Below are positions 30,005 to 39,226 of a stretch of DNA of 64,000 nt, piece after piece (within the stretch, counting starts at the first letter, position 1; every line of letters begins with the position of its first letter). The translations under genes were made by a program, and so were the position numbers. The notes below the pieces were generated by a model. It ran no database searches, was not told the origin of the DNA, and saw only the letters and a list, made by a program, of their open reading frames with translations. Source of the stretch: Alphaproteobacteria bacterium (lineage in GTDB: Bacteria; Pseudomonadota; Alphaproteobacteria; SP197); contig OZ219918.1 in NCBI GenBank assembly GCA_964291415.2, positions 1,152,001 to 1,216,000 of the forward strand, in the 5' to 3' direction.

Positions 30005-31659
30005 CGGCCATGGACGACTACTTCGACCTCGGCGCACTCCACATGCCGGTCACCACAACGTCGCCGCAGGCCCAGACCTGGTTCGACCGCGGTCTTGCCT
30101 GGTGCTACGGCTTCAATCACGAGGAGGCGGTCCACTGCTTCCGCCAGGCGCTTGAACACGACTCCGACTGCGCCATGGCGCACTGGGGCGTCGCCTTTGC
30201 CAGTGGCCCGAACTACAACAAGTTGTGGGTGGATTTCGGTGACGCCGAACGCGAGGAGTGCATGGCCGTGGCCCGCGAGGAGAGCCGCAAGGCGCTTGCG
30301 TGCCTGGCCGGAGCGGGCGATGTCGAACAAGGACTCGCAGGCGCGCTCGTGGCGCGGTTTCCCGATGATCCTGCAGACGACTGGCCGTCCTGGGACGATG
30401 CCTATGCCGCGGCCATGCGCCAGGTCCACGACCTGCACCCGGACCACCCGGATGTCTGTGCCCTCTTCGCCGATGCCCTGATGAACCGCACTCCCTGGAA
30501 ACTCTGGGACATCGAAACCGGTGAACCGGTGGCAGGATCCGACACCCTGGAAGCCATTGATGTGCTCGAGACGGCGTTGTCGGCGATTGACGGCGCCTGG
30601 AGTCATCCGGGGATCCTCCACATGCACGTCCATGTGATGGAGATGTCGCCGCATCCGGAAAGGGCTCTCAAGACCGCTGACGCCCTCTATGGCCTCATGC
30701 CGGATTCAGGCCACCTCAACCACATGCCGACCCATATCGACGTGCTGTGCGGCGACTACCAGAATGTGGTCGAGCGCAACCAGCGGGCGATCGTCTCCAA
30801 TCGCGCCTTTGTCGAGCGCCGCGGCGTCTTCAACTTCTATTCGGGCTACCGCGCCCACGACTATCATTTCAAGGCCTATGGAGCGATGTTCCTGGGCCAA
30901 TTCCGTCCGGCGATCGAGGCGGCGGAAGAGATGGTCTCGACCCTGCCTGCGGAACTTCTCGCCTCGGGCGATCCCCCCCTTGCCGACTGGCTGGAGGGAT
31001 ATGTTCCGGTGAGGCAGCACGTACTCATCCGCTTCGGGCGCTGGCAGGACATTCTCGACGATCCCCTGCCTGACGATCAGGATCTCTACTGCGTCACCAC
31101 CGCGACCATGCACTATGCTCGCGGTGTGGCCTGTTCGGCCACGGGCCGGGTCGATGAGGCGGAGATCGAGCAGCAGCGGTTTCTCGAGGCGCGGGACCGT
31201 GTGCCTGAGACACGCAAGCTGTTTCACAACACCTGCCTGAGCATTCTCCAGGTGGCCGGCGAAATGCTCTGCGGTGAGCTCGAATACCGCAAGGGCAAGG
31301 TCGATGCGGCCTTTGACCACCTCAGGCGATCCGTCGCTCTCGACGACACCCTCGAGTACGATGAACCGTGGGCATGGATGCAGCCCACCCGCCATGCCCT
31401 GGGTGCGCTGCTGCTCGAACAGGGCCGGATGGACGAGGCCGAGGCGATCTATCGCGCCGATCTCGGTCTCGACGACAACCTGCGCCGTGCGTGCCAGCAT
31501 CCCGACAACGTGTGGAGCCTGCACGGCCTCCACGAGTGCCTGTCACGCCGCGGCGAAACCGTCGAGATCCGCCACGTCAGGAGACGTCTCGATCGCGCCA
31601 TGGCCCGCGCCGATGTCGACATCAGGGCCTCCTGCTACTGCCGCCTGAACGGTTCCTGA
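30001..31659 (+). CDS. Tetratricopeptide-repeat protein
   Basis: GTGA overlap; FNHEEA..F, AMAHWG, HLNHMPTHID, YDEPW, HPDNVWSLHG; helical repeats. Confidence 0.8.
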   Translation: MTAMDDYFDLGALHMPVTTTSPQAQTWFDRGLAWCYGFNHEEAVHCFRQALEHDSDCAMAHWGVAFASGPNYNKLWVDFGDAEREECMAVAREESRKALACLAGAGDVEQGLAGALVARFPDDPADDWPSWDDAYAAAMRQVHDLHPDHPDVCALFADALMNRTPWKLWDIETGEPVAGSDTLEAIDVLETALSAIDGAWSHPGILHMHVHVMEMSPHPERALKTADALYGLMPDSGHLNHMPTHIDVLCGDYQNVVERNQRAIVSNRAFVERRGVFNFYSGYRAHDYHFKAYGAMFLGQFRPAIEAAEEMVSTLPAELLASGDPPLADWLEGYVPVRQHVLIRFGRWQDILDDPLPDDQDLYCVTTATMHYARGVACSATGRVDEAEIEQQRFLEARDRVPETRKLFHNTCLSILQVAGEMLCGELEYRKGKVDAAFDHLRRSVALDDTLEYDEPWAWMQPTRHALGALLLEQGRMDEAEAIYRADLGLDDNLRRACQHPDNVWSLHGLHECLSRRGETVEIRHVRRRLDRAMARADVDIRASCYCRLNGS

Positions 31660-31743
31660 TCTCCGCGGCAAGGTTCGTACGCGCCGGATACCCCGGGAAG
31701 GCTCTGGCGCGCAGCGACACTCCAGGCGTGGCGGGGGAACGGG

Positions 31744-32139
31744 TCAGGCGACAGAGTCGATCCGCAGCCCGGTGTGCCGCGCCAGCACGTCGAAATCGCG
31801 ATCGCTGTGGAGCACCGCTACACCCGCGCGAATGGCAACCGAGCCGATAAGGCAGTCGATCAGTCTGCGAACGGTCTCTCCCTCGCGACGGCAGGCACGA
31901 TACAGCGCAGCCGCCTCATCGTAGTCGGCGGGATTGGTTGGGAGATGGATTGTCCGTGCGAGCAGCCCGCGCAGGCTGCTCAGGTGGCGTTGGTCCCGGG
32001 CGCCGGCGAGCACCTCCATTCGAATCGGATCGCAGACAGCAGTTTCACTCTCCATCAGTTCGTCGACACGCTCGCAGACGGCGGATCCCGTATCGCGAAG
32101 GAACTCGACCCACGCCGAGGTGTCGACCAGAATCACCAT
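31744..32139 (-). CDS. vapC: PIN-domain toxin VapC
   Basis: ILVDTSAW, E, DCLI, DRDF acidic catalytic set. Confidence 0.92.
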   Translation of the reverse strand: MVILVDTSAWVEFLRDTGSAVCERVDELMESETAVCDPIRMEVLAGARDQRHLSSLRGLLARTIHLPTNPADYDEAAALYRACRREGETVRRLIDCLIGSVAIRAGVAVLHSDRDFDVLARHTGLRIDSVA

Positions 32140-32336
32140 GCACGCCCGGAACGCATGTCGTCGAGATTGCCATCCCAGCCCGATCCTCGAAGTCCTCGAG
32201 CCTCGTCAAGCCCGAGGGGCTCTGTCGCCACCATGCGCAGCGCGAGATTGACCGCTTCCCGCTTCGTTGAGAGCCGATAGCGACGCATGACCTCCGAGCA
32301 GGCCTCTTCGTCAATGTCAATATTGGTGCGTGCCAT
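32133..32336 (-). CDS. vapB: Antitoxin VapB (RHH)
   Basis: RTNIDID..TKREAVNLALR..GWDGNLDDMR; overlaps the vapC start. Confidence 0.9.
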   Translation of the reverse strand: MARTNIDIDEEACSEVMRRYRLSTKREAVNLALRMVATEPLGLDEARGLRGSGWDGNLDDMRSGRAW

Positions 32337-32351
32337 GTGTATCGTATACAC
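32337..32351. promoter_or_regulatory. Candidate vapBC autorepression operator/-10 region
   Basis: GTGTAT-cgt-ATACAC palindrome abutting the start codon; no SD. Confidence 0.6.
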
Positions 32352-32785
32352 CACAGGGAAGCGAAATCCAAGCTCAAACGCCGCAGGGCACGACCTTCAA
32401 CAGCGGTGACGGGTTTCTAGTCCGATGTTACCCTGAATACTCGCACTGGTTTCGAATGCCATGTGGGCGCGAACATCGCCGGAGAGTACACACGAACTTG
32501 CAACCTCCAACCCTTGTGACCGGTTGCGGCTTGGTCTGGTGGGAAGCTGGACGGGCAACTTGCCGATGCTGGGAAAAGGTATGCGATATCACGGTGGCGG
32601 TCGTGATCATCGGTCAACGTTGCGCCCCGGCAATGTCCGGCACCGGAATCAGTGCAGTCAGGGCGTGTCCCATCGAAGACGTGCGACAACTCCCTCAGCC
32701 GGGAACGACATACCGTCCGCACCGGCATCAAGCAGACCGACGCTGATCATTCAGCCCGGCCGTTGCCACCGCTGCCGATAGTGTC

Positions 32786-34423
32786 ATGGATTTCGAGCTG
32801 ATAGCCATAGCGTTCGGAGACGTGGCGTGGATCGCCATGGCCTTCGTTCTGGGTCTGGTGTCGCGAACCGTCGGGCTGCCGCCCCTGGTCGGTTTCCTTG
32901 TTGCAGGATTCCTGCTCAACCTGCACGGGATAGCTGGTGGGGACATGCTGCGGAAGCTGTCGGACCTCGGCATTACTCTGTTGCTGTTCATCGTTGGCTT
33001 GAAGCTCAACCTTCGGATGTTTGCGCGGCCGCAGGTATGGGCCGTGACCGGGCTGCACATGGCCATCATCGTGCCGCTTTTCGCAACGGCCATCTATGTT
33101 GTCGCCGCGCTCGGAGCGCCCTTCCTTTCCGACCTCGACTTTTTCCGGTCGCTTCTGATCGCCTTTGCTTTGAGCTTTTCCAGCACGGTGTTCGTCGTGA
33201 AGGCTCTGGAAGACAAGGGTCAGACGGCAGCGCTCCACGGCCGGATCGCGATCGGAATACTCATCGTCCAGGACTTGGCCGCCGTTGTCTTTCTGGCCAT
33301 CTCGGTGGGGAAGTGGCCGACTTACTGGGCCCTGCTGGTCCTGCTCGTCTTTCCGCTTCGGCCACTGCTGATCGTCGTGCTCCAGCGCGTCGGCCACGGC
33401 GAACTCATGGTTCTTTATGGTTTCCTGCTTGCTCTGGGCGGTGCGCAACTGTTCGAGCTCGTCGGGCTCAAGGGCGACCTCGGCGCGCTCGTGCTGGGCG
33501 TTCTCATCGCCAATCACGCCAAGGCCGACGAGATGGCGAAGACCATGCTCGGCTTCAAGGATTTCTTCCTGCTTGCCTTCTTCCTCTCCGTCGGCCTGTC
33601 CGGTCAGCTGACCCTGGAGACGCTACTGATTGGCGCCGCGATCACCCCGTTCGTGTTGTTCAAGTCGGCCTTGTTCTTCGGCCTGCTGACCGCGTTCAGG
33701 CTCCAGGCCCGCACGTCGTTTCTGGCGACGCTCAATCTCAGCAATTTCAGTGAATTCGGACTCATCGTCGCGGCCATCGGAGTCGCACAGGGCTGGATCG
33801 ACGCCGACTGGTTGATCGTCATCGCGGTCGCGCTGGCCTTGTCTTGTGTCATCTCTTCCGGGCTCAACGTCGCCAGCGATCGCATCTACACACGCTACAG
33901 GGGCATGTGGAAGCGCCTGCAACGATCCGACCTTGTTGCCGATGACCGGCCGCTCGACATCGGCACGGCGAAGATTGCCGTCATCGGCATGGGCCGTGTT
34001 GGATCGGCAGCATATGACACGATGCGTGAACTGCATGGAGAGACCGTCGTCGGGGTGGACACTGATCAGGCCACGGTCGAGCGCGAACGGTCCAGGGGAC
34101 GAAAGGTGTTGCTGGGGGATCCTGGTGACGCCGATTTCTGGGACCGCGTTCAGATCGCCCACACACTCGAACTGGTCATGCTGGCCTTGCCGAACCTTGG
34201 CGCCAACCTCGCCGTGATCGAACAGCTCAAAGCCGCCTCGTTTGGCGGTCGAGTCGCCGCCACCGCCAGGTTCCAGGATGACATCGAGACGCTCGAAGAG
34301 GCCGGCGCATCGACCGTCTTCAACGTCTACGCAGAAGCAGGTTCGGGGTTCGCCGCGCATGTGGCCGGGAGCATGTTGGCAATCAGTCCGACCGGGATCG
34401 ACGACTCCCGAACGCCTCCCTGA
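32786..34423 (+). CDS. CPA2 cation:proton antiporter with C-terminal TrkA-N domain (KefC-like)
   Basis: LPPLVGFL, SFSSTVFVVK, QD, SEFG; GMGRVG Rossmann. Confidence 0.9.
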   Translation: MDFELIAIAFGDVAWIAMAFVLGLVSRTVGLPPLVGFLVAGFLLNLHGIAGGDMLRKLSDLGITLLLFIVGLKLNLRMFARPQVWAVTGLHMAIIVPLFATAIYVVAALGAPFLSDLDFFRSLLIAFALSFSSTVFVVKALEDKGQTAALHGRIAIGILIVQDLAAVVFLAISVGKWPTYWALLVLLVFPLRPLLIVVLQRVGHGELMVLYGFLLALGGAQLFELVGLKGDLGALVLGVLIANHAKADEMAKTMLGFKDFFLLAFFLSVGLSGQLTLETLLIGAAITPFVLFKSALFFGLLTAFRLQARTSFLATLNLSNFSEFGLIVAAIGVAQGWIDADWLIVIAVALALSCVISSGLNVASDRIYTRYRGMWKRLQRSDLVADDRPLDIGTAKIAVIGMGRVGSAAYDTMRELHGETVVGVDTDQATVERERSRGRKVLLGDPGDADFWDRVQIAHTLELVMLALPNLGANLAVIEQLKAASFGGRVAATARFQDDIETLEEAGASTVFNVYAEAGSGFAAHVAGSMLAISPTGIDDSRTPP

Positions 34424-34620
34424 GTCGCGCCTGCAATCTCACCTGGAGGGCGGACGAATGGTGGTTGGAGCGCGTTCCACATCGACGGCAGACGGCGATC
34501 GCATGGCAACACGTAACCGCGTGCCTGCCCGGCCATCCGCAGTGGACGATCGCAATCCGCGTTGTTGAAGGAGCGTGACCCTACTGGAAGAGTGCGCATG
34601 GCGTGGTGTGGAGAGGCACG

Positions 34621-35754
34621 ATGGCAGAACGAACCGACTGTGTGGTGATTGGTGCGGGACTGGTCGGACTTGCGATCGCCCATGAGCTTGTCGGGAAGGG
34701 GACGTCCTGCCGCGTGATCGAAAGGGGAGGGATCGCCGGCGGCACGACATCGACGTCATTCGCCTGGCTAAATGCAACCTCCAAGCTGGAAGAGGACTAC
34801 CATCGTCTCAACGTTGCCGGGATGGAGGGCCACCGGAACTGGGTTGCCCGATGGGGGAGCGACGTGACCGGTCATCGGCAGCCGGGTTGCCTGATGTGGG
34901 CAGGTGTGGACACCGCCACCAGCCTTGATGATCTCGAACGGACATTCGACCGTCTCTGTGAACTTGACTATCCCTGTCGTCGGGTCGGAGGGCGCGAACT
35001 CGCTGACCTGGAGCCGCGTGTCGCCTTCGGTCGAGGGGCCGAAGGACTGCTCATGTCCCAGGATGGCTGGCTCGATGCGCCGCGTCTTGCGCGTCACCTC
35101 GCGGAAGGCATTGTTCGCCAGGGGGGCGCCATTCACGAGGAGGCGCCGGTGACCGGCTTCCTGGGCGCCGCTCCCGTGCTGGACGGAGTTGCGACCAAGA
35201 GCGGTCCGATTCATGCCGACAGGATCGTCATTGCCGCCGGGACCAGGGCCGGTGATCTCGCGGCCATGGCGCTCGGGAGCCAGACGGCCTCCCGGCTGGT
35301 CGGCAGTGATCCTGGCCTTCTGGCTGAAATCGCCGGAGCACAGGCGTGGCTCAATCACGTCGTCTATTTTCCCGAAGGCGACGATGAACTGCACACGCGC
35401 CCCAATGTGGGAGGGGGCCTGCTGATGGGTGCGGATGCCGCGGATGGGATGCTTCCCGACGAACTGCGAGCGCGGCGTCGTCTCGCCGACAGTGCACAGC
35501 ACTGGTTCGTCGATGTCGATGCGGCTGACGTGATGATGCGCATGACGGCCCGGGTCGGACATCGTCCGATGCCTGCCGACGGCCGCTCGATCGTCGGTTG
35601 CCTTCCCGGGTGCGACAATCTCTTCGTCGCCGTCACCCACAGCGGTATCACGCTGGCGCCGGCCATTGGCGCCCTGCTTGCCGAAGAAGTTAGCGGGGGG
35701 TCGGTGTCGCCCCTGTTGCGGGAGTTCCGGCCCGACCGATTCGCCTGGACATGA
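34621..35754 (+). CDS. FAD-dependent oxidoreductase (DAO family)
   Basis: IGAGLVG, TTSTSFAWLNA, RPMPADG, HSGITLAP. Confidence 0.9.
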   Translation: MAERTDCVVIGAGLVGLAIAHELVGKGTSCRVIERGGIAGGTTSTSFAWLNATSKLEEDYHRLNVAGMEGHRNWVARWGSDVTGHRQPGCLMWAGVDTATSLDDLERTFDRLCELDYPCRRVGGRELADLEPRVAFGRGAEGLLMSQDGWLDAPRLARHLAEGIVRQGGAIHEEAPVTGFLGAAPVLDGVATKSGPIHADRIVIAAGTRAGDLAAMALGSQTASRLVGSDPGLLAEIAGAQAWLNHVVYFPEGDDELHTRPNVGGGLLMGADAADGMLPDELRARRRLADSAQHWFVDVDAADVMMRMTARVGHRPMPADGRSIVGCLPGCDNLFVAVTHSGITLAPAIGALLAEEVSGGSVSPLLREFRPDRFAWT

Positions 35755-35756
35755 AA

Positions 35757-35793
35757 AAAGGGCCCTCCCGGCGGCAAGCCGGGAGGGCCCTTT
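35757..35793. terminator. Bidirectional intrinsic terminator (copy 1)
   Basis: AAAGGGCCCTCCCGGC-ggcaa-GCCGGGAGGGCCCTTT preceded by an A-run. Confidence 0.85.
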
Positions 35794-35804
35794 GAAACCT
35801 GGCG

Positions 35805-35932
35805 TCAGATCTTGCATCCTGCTTTTCGAGGCCGAGTTTCTGGGCAATCTGCACCCACTCCTCGGCCGCGTTTGTTGCCATGGCGTGGTGTCGTTGGCTG
35901 CCCTGGGGAATGTCGTCTCGGACGGCATCTGC
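35805..35932 (-). pseudogene. Decayed copy of the 3' end of the sugar SBP gene
   Basis: AAEEWVQIAQKLGLEKQ identical to the C-terminus of 36510-38051; internal deletion. Confidence 0.88.
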
Positions 35933-36071
35933 CGGGCTGTCTGGATGGCGCGTTTCTTGAGTATTCATATCCATCGTGGCGGGCTGCGCTGAATCATGGT
36001 CCTTTGGCAATCGGTTTCGTCCCGTCTGCGAGTGACGTCAGGCCCTTCTCGCCGATTCAGTTTGAACTCGC

Positions 36072-36096
36072 CATGTCGTGCAAATCGCACTACATG
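36072..36096. promoter_or_regulatory. Candidate operator of the DUF1778 antitoxin
   Basis: CATGTCGTGC-aaatc-GCACTACATG (1 mismatch). Confidence 0.45.
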
Positions 36097-36123
36097 CAGC
36101 AACCTCCCGGGGAGGCGAGCGTG

Positions 36124-36429
36124 ATGAACCCCAATGCTGCTTCGAGCATCCCGAAAAGGAAAACCAGGACGACCCAGATTCGCCACGATGATCGACTGGC
36201 GAGGCTGATCGAGCGGGCCACGCGCGCGTTGGCCGTGGACAAGTCCACGTTTCTGCGTGCCGCGATCGAGCGCGAAGCCACGCGTGTCATTGACATGCAG
36301 TCTCGACACACGCTCACGCTTGAGGACGCCAAGGTCTTCGCTGCGGCCCTTGATGTCCCACCGGCCCCAACTCCGCGCGCTCTTGAGGCCGCCAGAAATT
36401 ACCGCGCGCGCGTGGTTTATGCCGATTGA
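36124..36429 (+). CDS. DUF1778 (TacA/AtaR-like) antitoxin, orphan
   Basis: RHH-like N-terminus; LIERA..STFLR.A..EA; LT.ED...F..ALD.PP.P..L..A; GNAT partner reduced to MPIER. Confidence 0.85.
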   Translation: MNPNAASSIPKRKTRTTQIRHDDRLARLIERATRALAVDKSTFLRAAIEREATRVIDMQSRHTLTLEDAKVFAAALDVPPAPTPRALEAARNYRARVVYAD

Positions 36430-36459
36430 GCGTCCGATCCGACCGTTTTCTTGGACATG

Positions 36460-36497
36460 AAAAAGGGCCCTCCCGGCGGCAAGCCGGAAGGGCCCTT
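36460..36497 (-). terminator. Intrinsic terminator of the sugar ABC operon (copy 2)
   Basis: AAAAAGGGCCCTCCCGGC-ggcaa-GCCGGAAGGGCCCTT. Confidence 0.82.
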
Positions 36498-36509
36498 CGG
36501 GACCTGGTG

Positions 36510-38051
36510 TCAGATCTTGTATCCGAGCGACCTGGCGCCGTCGATGAAGTTCCGGTACTGGGCCTTCTGCTTCTCGAGACCGAGTTTCTGGGCAATCTGC
36601 ACCCATTCCTCGGCCGCCTCGTCGAGCGCCTGCTGCGAGGTCAGCTCACCGGAAATGGCCTTGGAGATGTTGCGTCCCAGGGCATCGGCGTACTCCGGCG
36701 CCCCTTCCCAGAAGAACTGCGGGTAGCCCACCTCGACGTTGGCAAGGCCGGCGTCGAGATGATTGCGGGCCCTTCCGAAGGTCTGGAAGATGCCGTCGTT
36801 CGTCGGATAGATGTCGTTCGTCCCGCGCTGTGGATTGGGCTCGATGTACATCTGGGCCGCCGCATCGGTGTAGTGCGATGCGCCGAACGGATCGGATCCG
36901 CAGTAGGGATCGGCGACGATCCTGTCGGAGTAGTCGGGATGCGACATGCGGTAGATGAAGTAGAAGGCCGCATCCTTGATGTCCTGGGGCAGGTTCGCCG
37001 GAATTGATGCCGTCCGGCACCACAGGCTGATTGCCCGGTGGACCACCTCGCCATCGTCATGGACCCAGCCTGGCACGACGGCCGCGCCCTGATCTTCGGC
37101 GCGTTCCATACCCTGCTGCTGGACCGTGAATTCGGCCAGATCGATCCACCACACCGACATCACGTCGGAACCCGACTGCCAGCGCTGGATGGTGGTGCCG
37201 ATATCCATCGCCTCGGCGCCGGGAGGTCCGAACTTGATGATCTCCCGGTACATGTCGAGAGATTCGGCCGCCTTGCCCTGGTTGATGACCGGGTTCATGT
37301 TCTCGTCGAAGTAGTTGACGCCGGCCGATGCGGCGATGTCCATCCAGAAGCCCCATCCGAAGTTCGGCGGATTGACCACCATCGATGTGCCGTAGATGCC
37401 TTGCGAACCCAGTTCCTCGGTCATGAACTGCGTGACATTGAGGAAGTCCGGCCACGTCTTGGGGACTTCGAGGTTGGTCTGGAAGCGCTTGGAGTACTTC
37501 GACTGCAGTTCCGCGTTCTCGAAGAAGCTCTTGCGATAATGCAGGATGTGAATGTCGCCATCGAGCATCACGCCATAGGTCTTGCCGGCCCACTTGGTAT
37601 AGAACTCGCGGTAGGCGGGCATGACCCAGTCGAGATAGGCATCGCTGCCCTCGTACTGGGCGAAGTAATCGTCCAGGGGCTCGAGCTGCCCGGTTTCGGC
37701 GAAGGCGCCGAAGAAGAGCGAGGGAAACTGCACCCAGTCGAACCTTGGATTGCGTGACAGGAGCTGCGGCAGGATCTTGGCCACGGCATCGCCACCGTCG
37801 TAGTTCTCGCGTCCCTTGATACCGACTCCGGCTTCCTTCATCAGGTGATCCGACAGCCACAGCGGCGCATGAAGCCAGTTCGAGTCCTGGAAGTAGGTCA
37901 GCTCGACATCATTGAAGAGCTTCTTTCCGGGAGGAACGGACTGCGCGCCCCACGACAGCCTGCCGGGAAGCTGGAGTCCGGCCGCGGCACCAGCGCCGGC
38001 GGCTACGGATTTCATGAACTTGCGTCGAGTCCATGCACTGAAAACACCCAT
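36510..38051 (-). CDS. Extracellular solute-binding protein (CUT1), Tat-exported
   Basis: TRRKFMK twin-arginine signal; DGDIHILHYRK, VPKTW, GELTSQQALD. Confidence 0.88.
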   Translation of the reverse strand: MGVFSAWTRRKFMKSVAAGAGAAAGLQLPGRLSWGAQSVPPGKKLFNDVELTYFQDSNWLHAPLWLSDHLMKEAGVGIKGRENYDGGDAVAKILPQLLSRNPRFDWVQFPSLFFGAFAETGQLEPLDDYFAQYEGSDAYLDWVMPAYREFYTKWAGKTYGVMLDGDIHILHYRKSFFENAELQSKYSKRFQTNLEVPKTWPDFLNVTQFMTEELGSQGIYGTSMVVNPPNFGWGFWMDIAASAGVNYFDENMNPVINQGKAAESLDMYREIIKFGPPGAEAMDIGTTIQRWQSGSDVMSVWWIDLAEFTVQQQGMERAEDQGAAVVPGWVHDDGEVVHRAISLWCRTASIPANLPQDIKDAAFYFIYRMSHPDYSDRIVADPYCGSDPFGASHYTDAAAQMYIEPNPQRGTNDIYPTNDGIFQTFGRARNHLDAGLANVEVGYPQFFWEGAPEYADALGRNISKAISGELTSQQALDEAAEEWVQIAQKLGLEKQKAQYRNFIDGARSLGYKI

Positions 38052-38124
38052 GGGATTCTCCCTTTCTCCTGGTCAATGTCGGAACAGGAAACACCCTGCC
38101 CCGGATGATGGGCGCGAGCGGCCG

Positions 38125-39225
38125 TCAGGTCACAAGCGCTCCGGTTTCGGCATCAAAGATCATCACGTCACGCGGATCGAGGCTGAAGCCTGCATGGTCG
38201 CCCGGAGTCATCCGGGTTTCAGGAGGCGCCAGTGCCTGCAGCGTCACATCCCCCGTCACGATCGAGAGGATGGATCTCTCCCCGAGGTACTCATTGATCA
38301 CGATCTTGCCGCCAATCGTCGCTCCGTCGTCGCAAAGATGAAGGTTCTGTGGCCGAATGCCTACCATGAATTCACGTCCCCCATGGGCATCGAGATCCGG
38401 CACGCGCTCCGCGGCCACGTCAAAGACGAGATCCGCACCGGTCGCGTGAAGCCGGGCGCGCTCCGCGTGATCGCGCCGTTCCACCGGGATGAAGGTCGTC
38501 GGTGGTTCACCGATGAAGTCGGCCACGAACATGTTGGCGGGACGGTTGTAGAGCGTGTTGCGGTCGCCGACCTGCTGGAGTTCGGCATTCGACATCACGG
38601 CAACCCTGTCCGCCAGCGCCAGTGCCTCCACCTGATCGTGGGTGACATAAATCATGGTGCGCCGGAGTTCCTGATGAAGCCGCTTGAGATCGAACAGCAT
38701 CTGGAACTTGAGGTGGGCGTCGAGGTGGCTCATCACCTCGTCGAGAATGAAGACGGCCGGTTCGCGGATCAGTGCCCGACCCAGGCTGACACGCTGCTGC
38801 TGACCGCCGGAGAGAACCGGCGGCTTGGCCGAGAGGATTTCGGTGATGCGCAGGAGTTCGGCCAGTTCCCGGGCCCGGCGGCGGCGTTCTGCAGGAGCGA
38901 CACCGCGCACCTCGAGAGGAAAGGCAAGGTTTTCCTCGACGGTGAAATTCGGATAGAGGGCATAGGTCTCGAAGGCCATGGCCACGTTGCGTTCCCTGGG
39001 TTCGAGATCGTTGACGCGCACGTCGCCGAAATGGATGTCGCCGGAGGTGATCGGTTCAAGACCGACGATCATGCGCAGGGTCGAGGTCTTGCCGCACCCG
39101 GACGGCCCCAGCAACGCCATGAATTCGCCATCGGGCACCGCGAGGTCGAGGTCGCGCACCGCGTGGACGCCCGCCCGTCCGGATCCGTAGACCTTGTTGA
39201 CCTTGCTCAACGTTACGTTCGACAT
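38125..39225 (-). CDS. Sugar ABC transporter ATP-binding protein
   Basis: GPSGCGKT, LSGGQQQR, ILDE, VTHD, TOBE tail. Confidence 0.92.
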   Translation of the reverse strand: MSNVTLSKVNKVYGSGRAGVHAVRDLDLAVPDGEFMALLGPSGCGKTSTLRMIVGLEPITSGDIHFGDVRVNDLEPRERNVAMAFETYALYPNFTVEENLAFPLEVRGVAPAERRRRARELAELLRITEILSAKPPVLSGGQQQRVSLGRALIREPAVFILDEVMSHLDAHLKFQMLFDLKRLHQELRRTMIYVTHDQVEALALADRVAVMSNAELQQVGDRNTLYNRPANMFVADFIGEPPTTFIPVERRDHAERARLHATGADLVFDVAAERVPDLDAHGGREFMVGIRPQNLHLCDDGATIGGKIVINEYLGERSILSIVTGDVTLQALAPPETRMTPGDHAGFSLDPRDVMIFDAETGALVT

Positions 39226-39226
39226 G

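Noticed and set aside
34475-34515. Faint similarity to the TPR gene 3' end
   Set aside because: Patchy match, plausible by chance in GC-rich DNA.
35757-36497. CRISPR or REP array
   Set aside because: Only two hairpin copies, both explained by the junction duplication; no cas genes.
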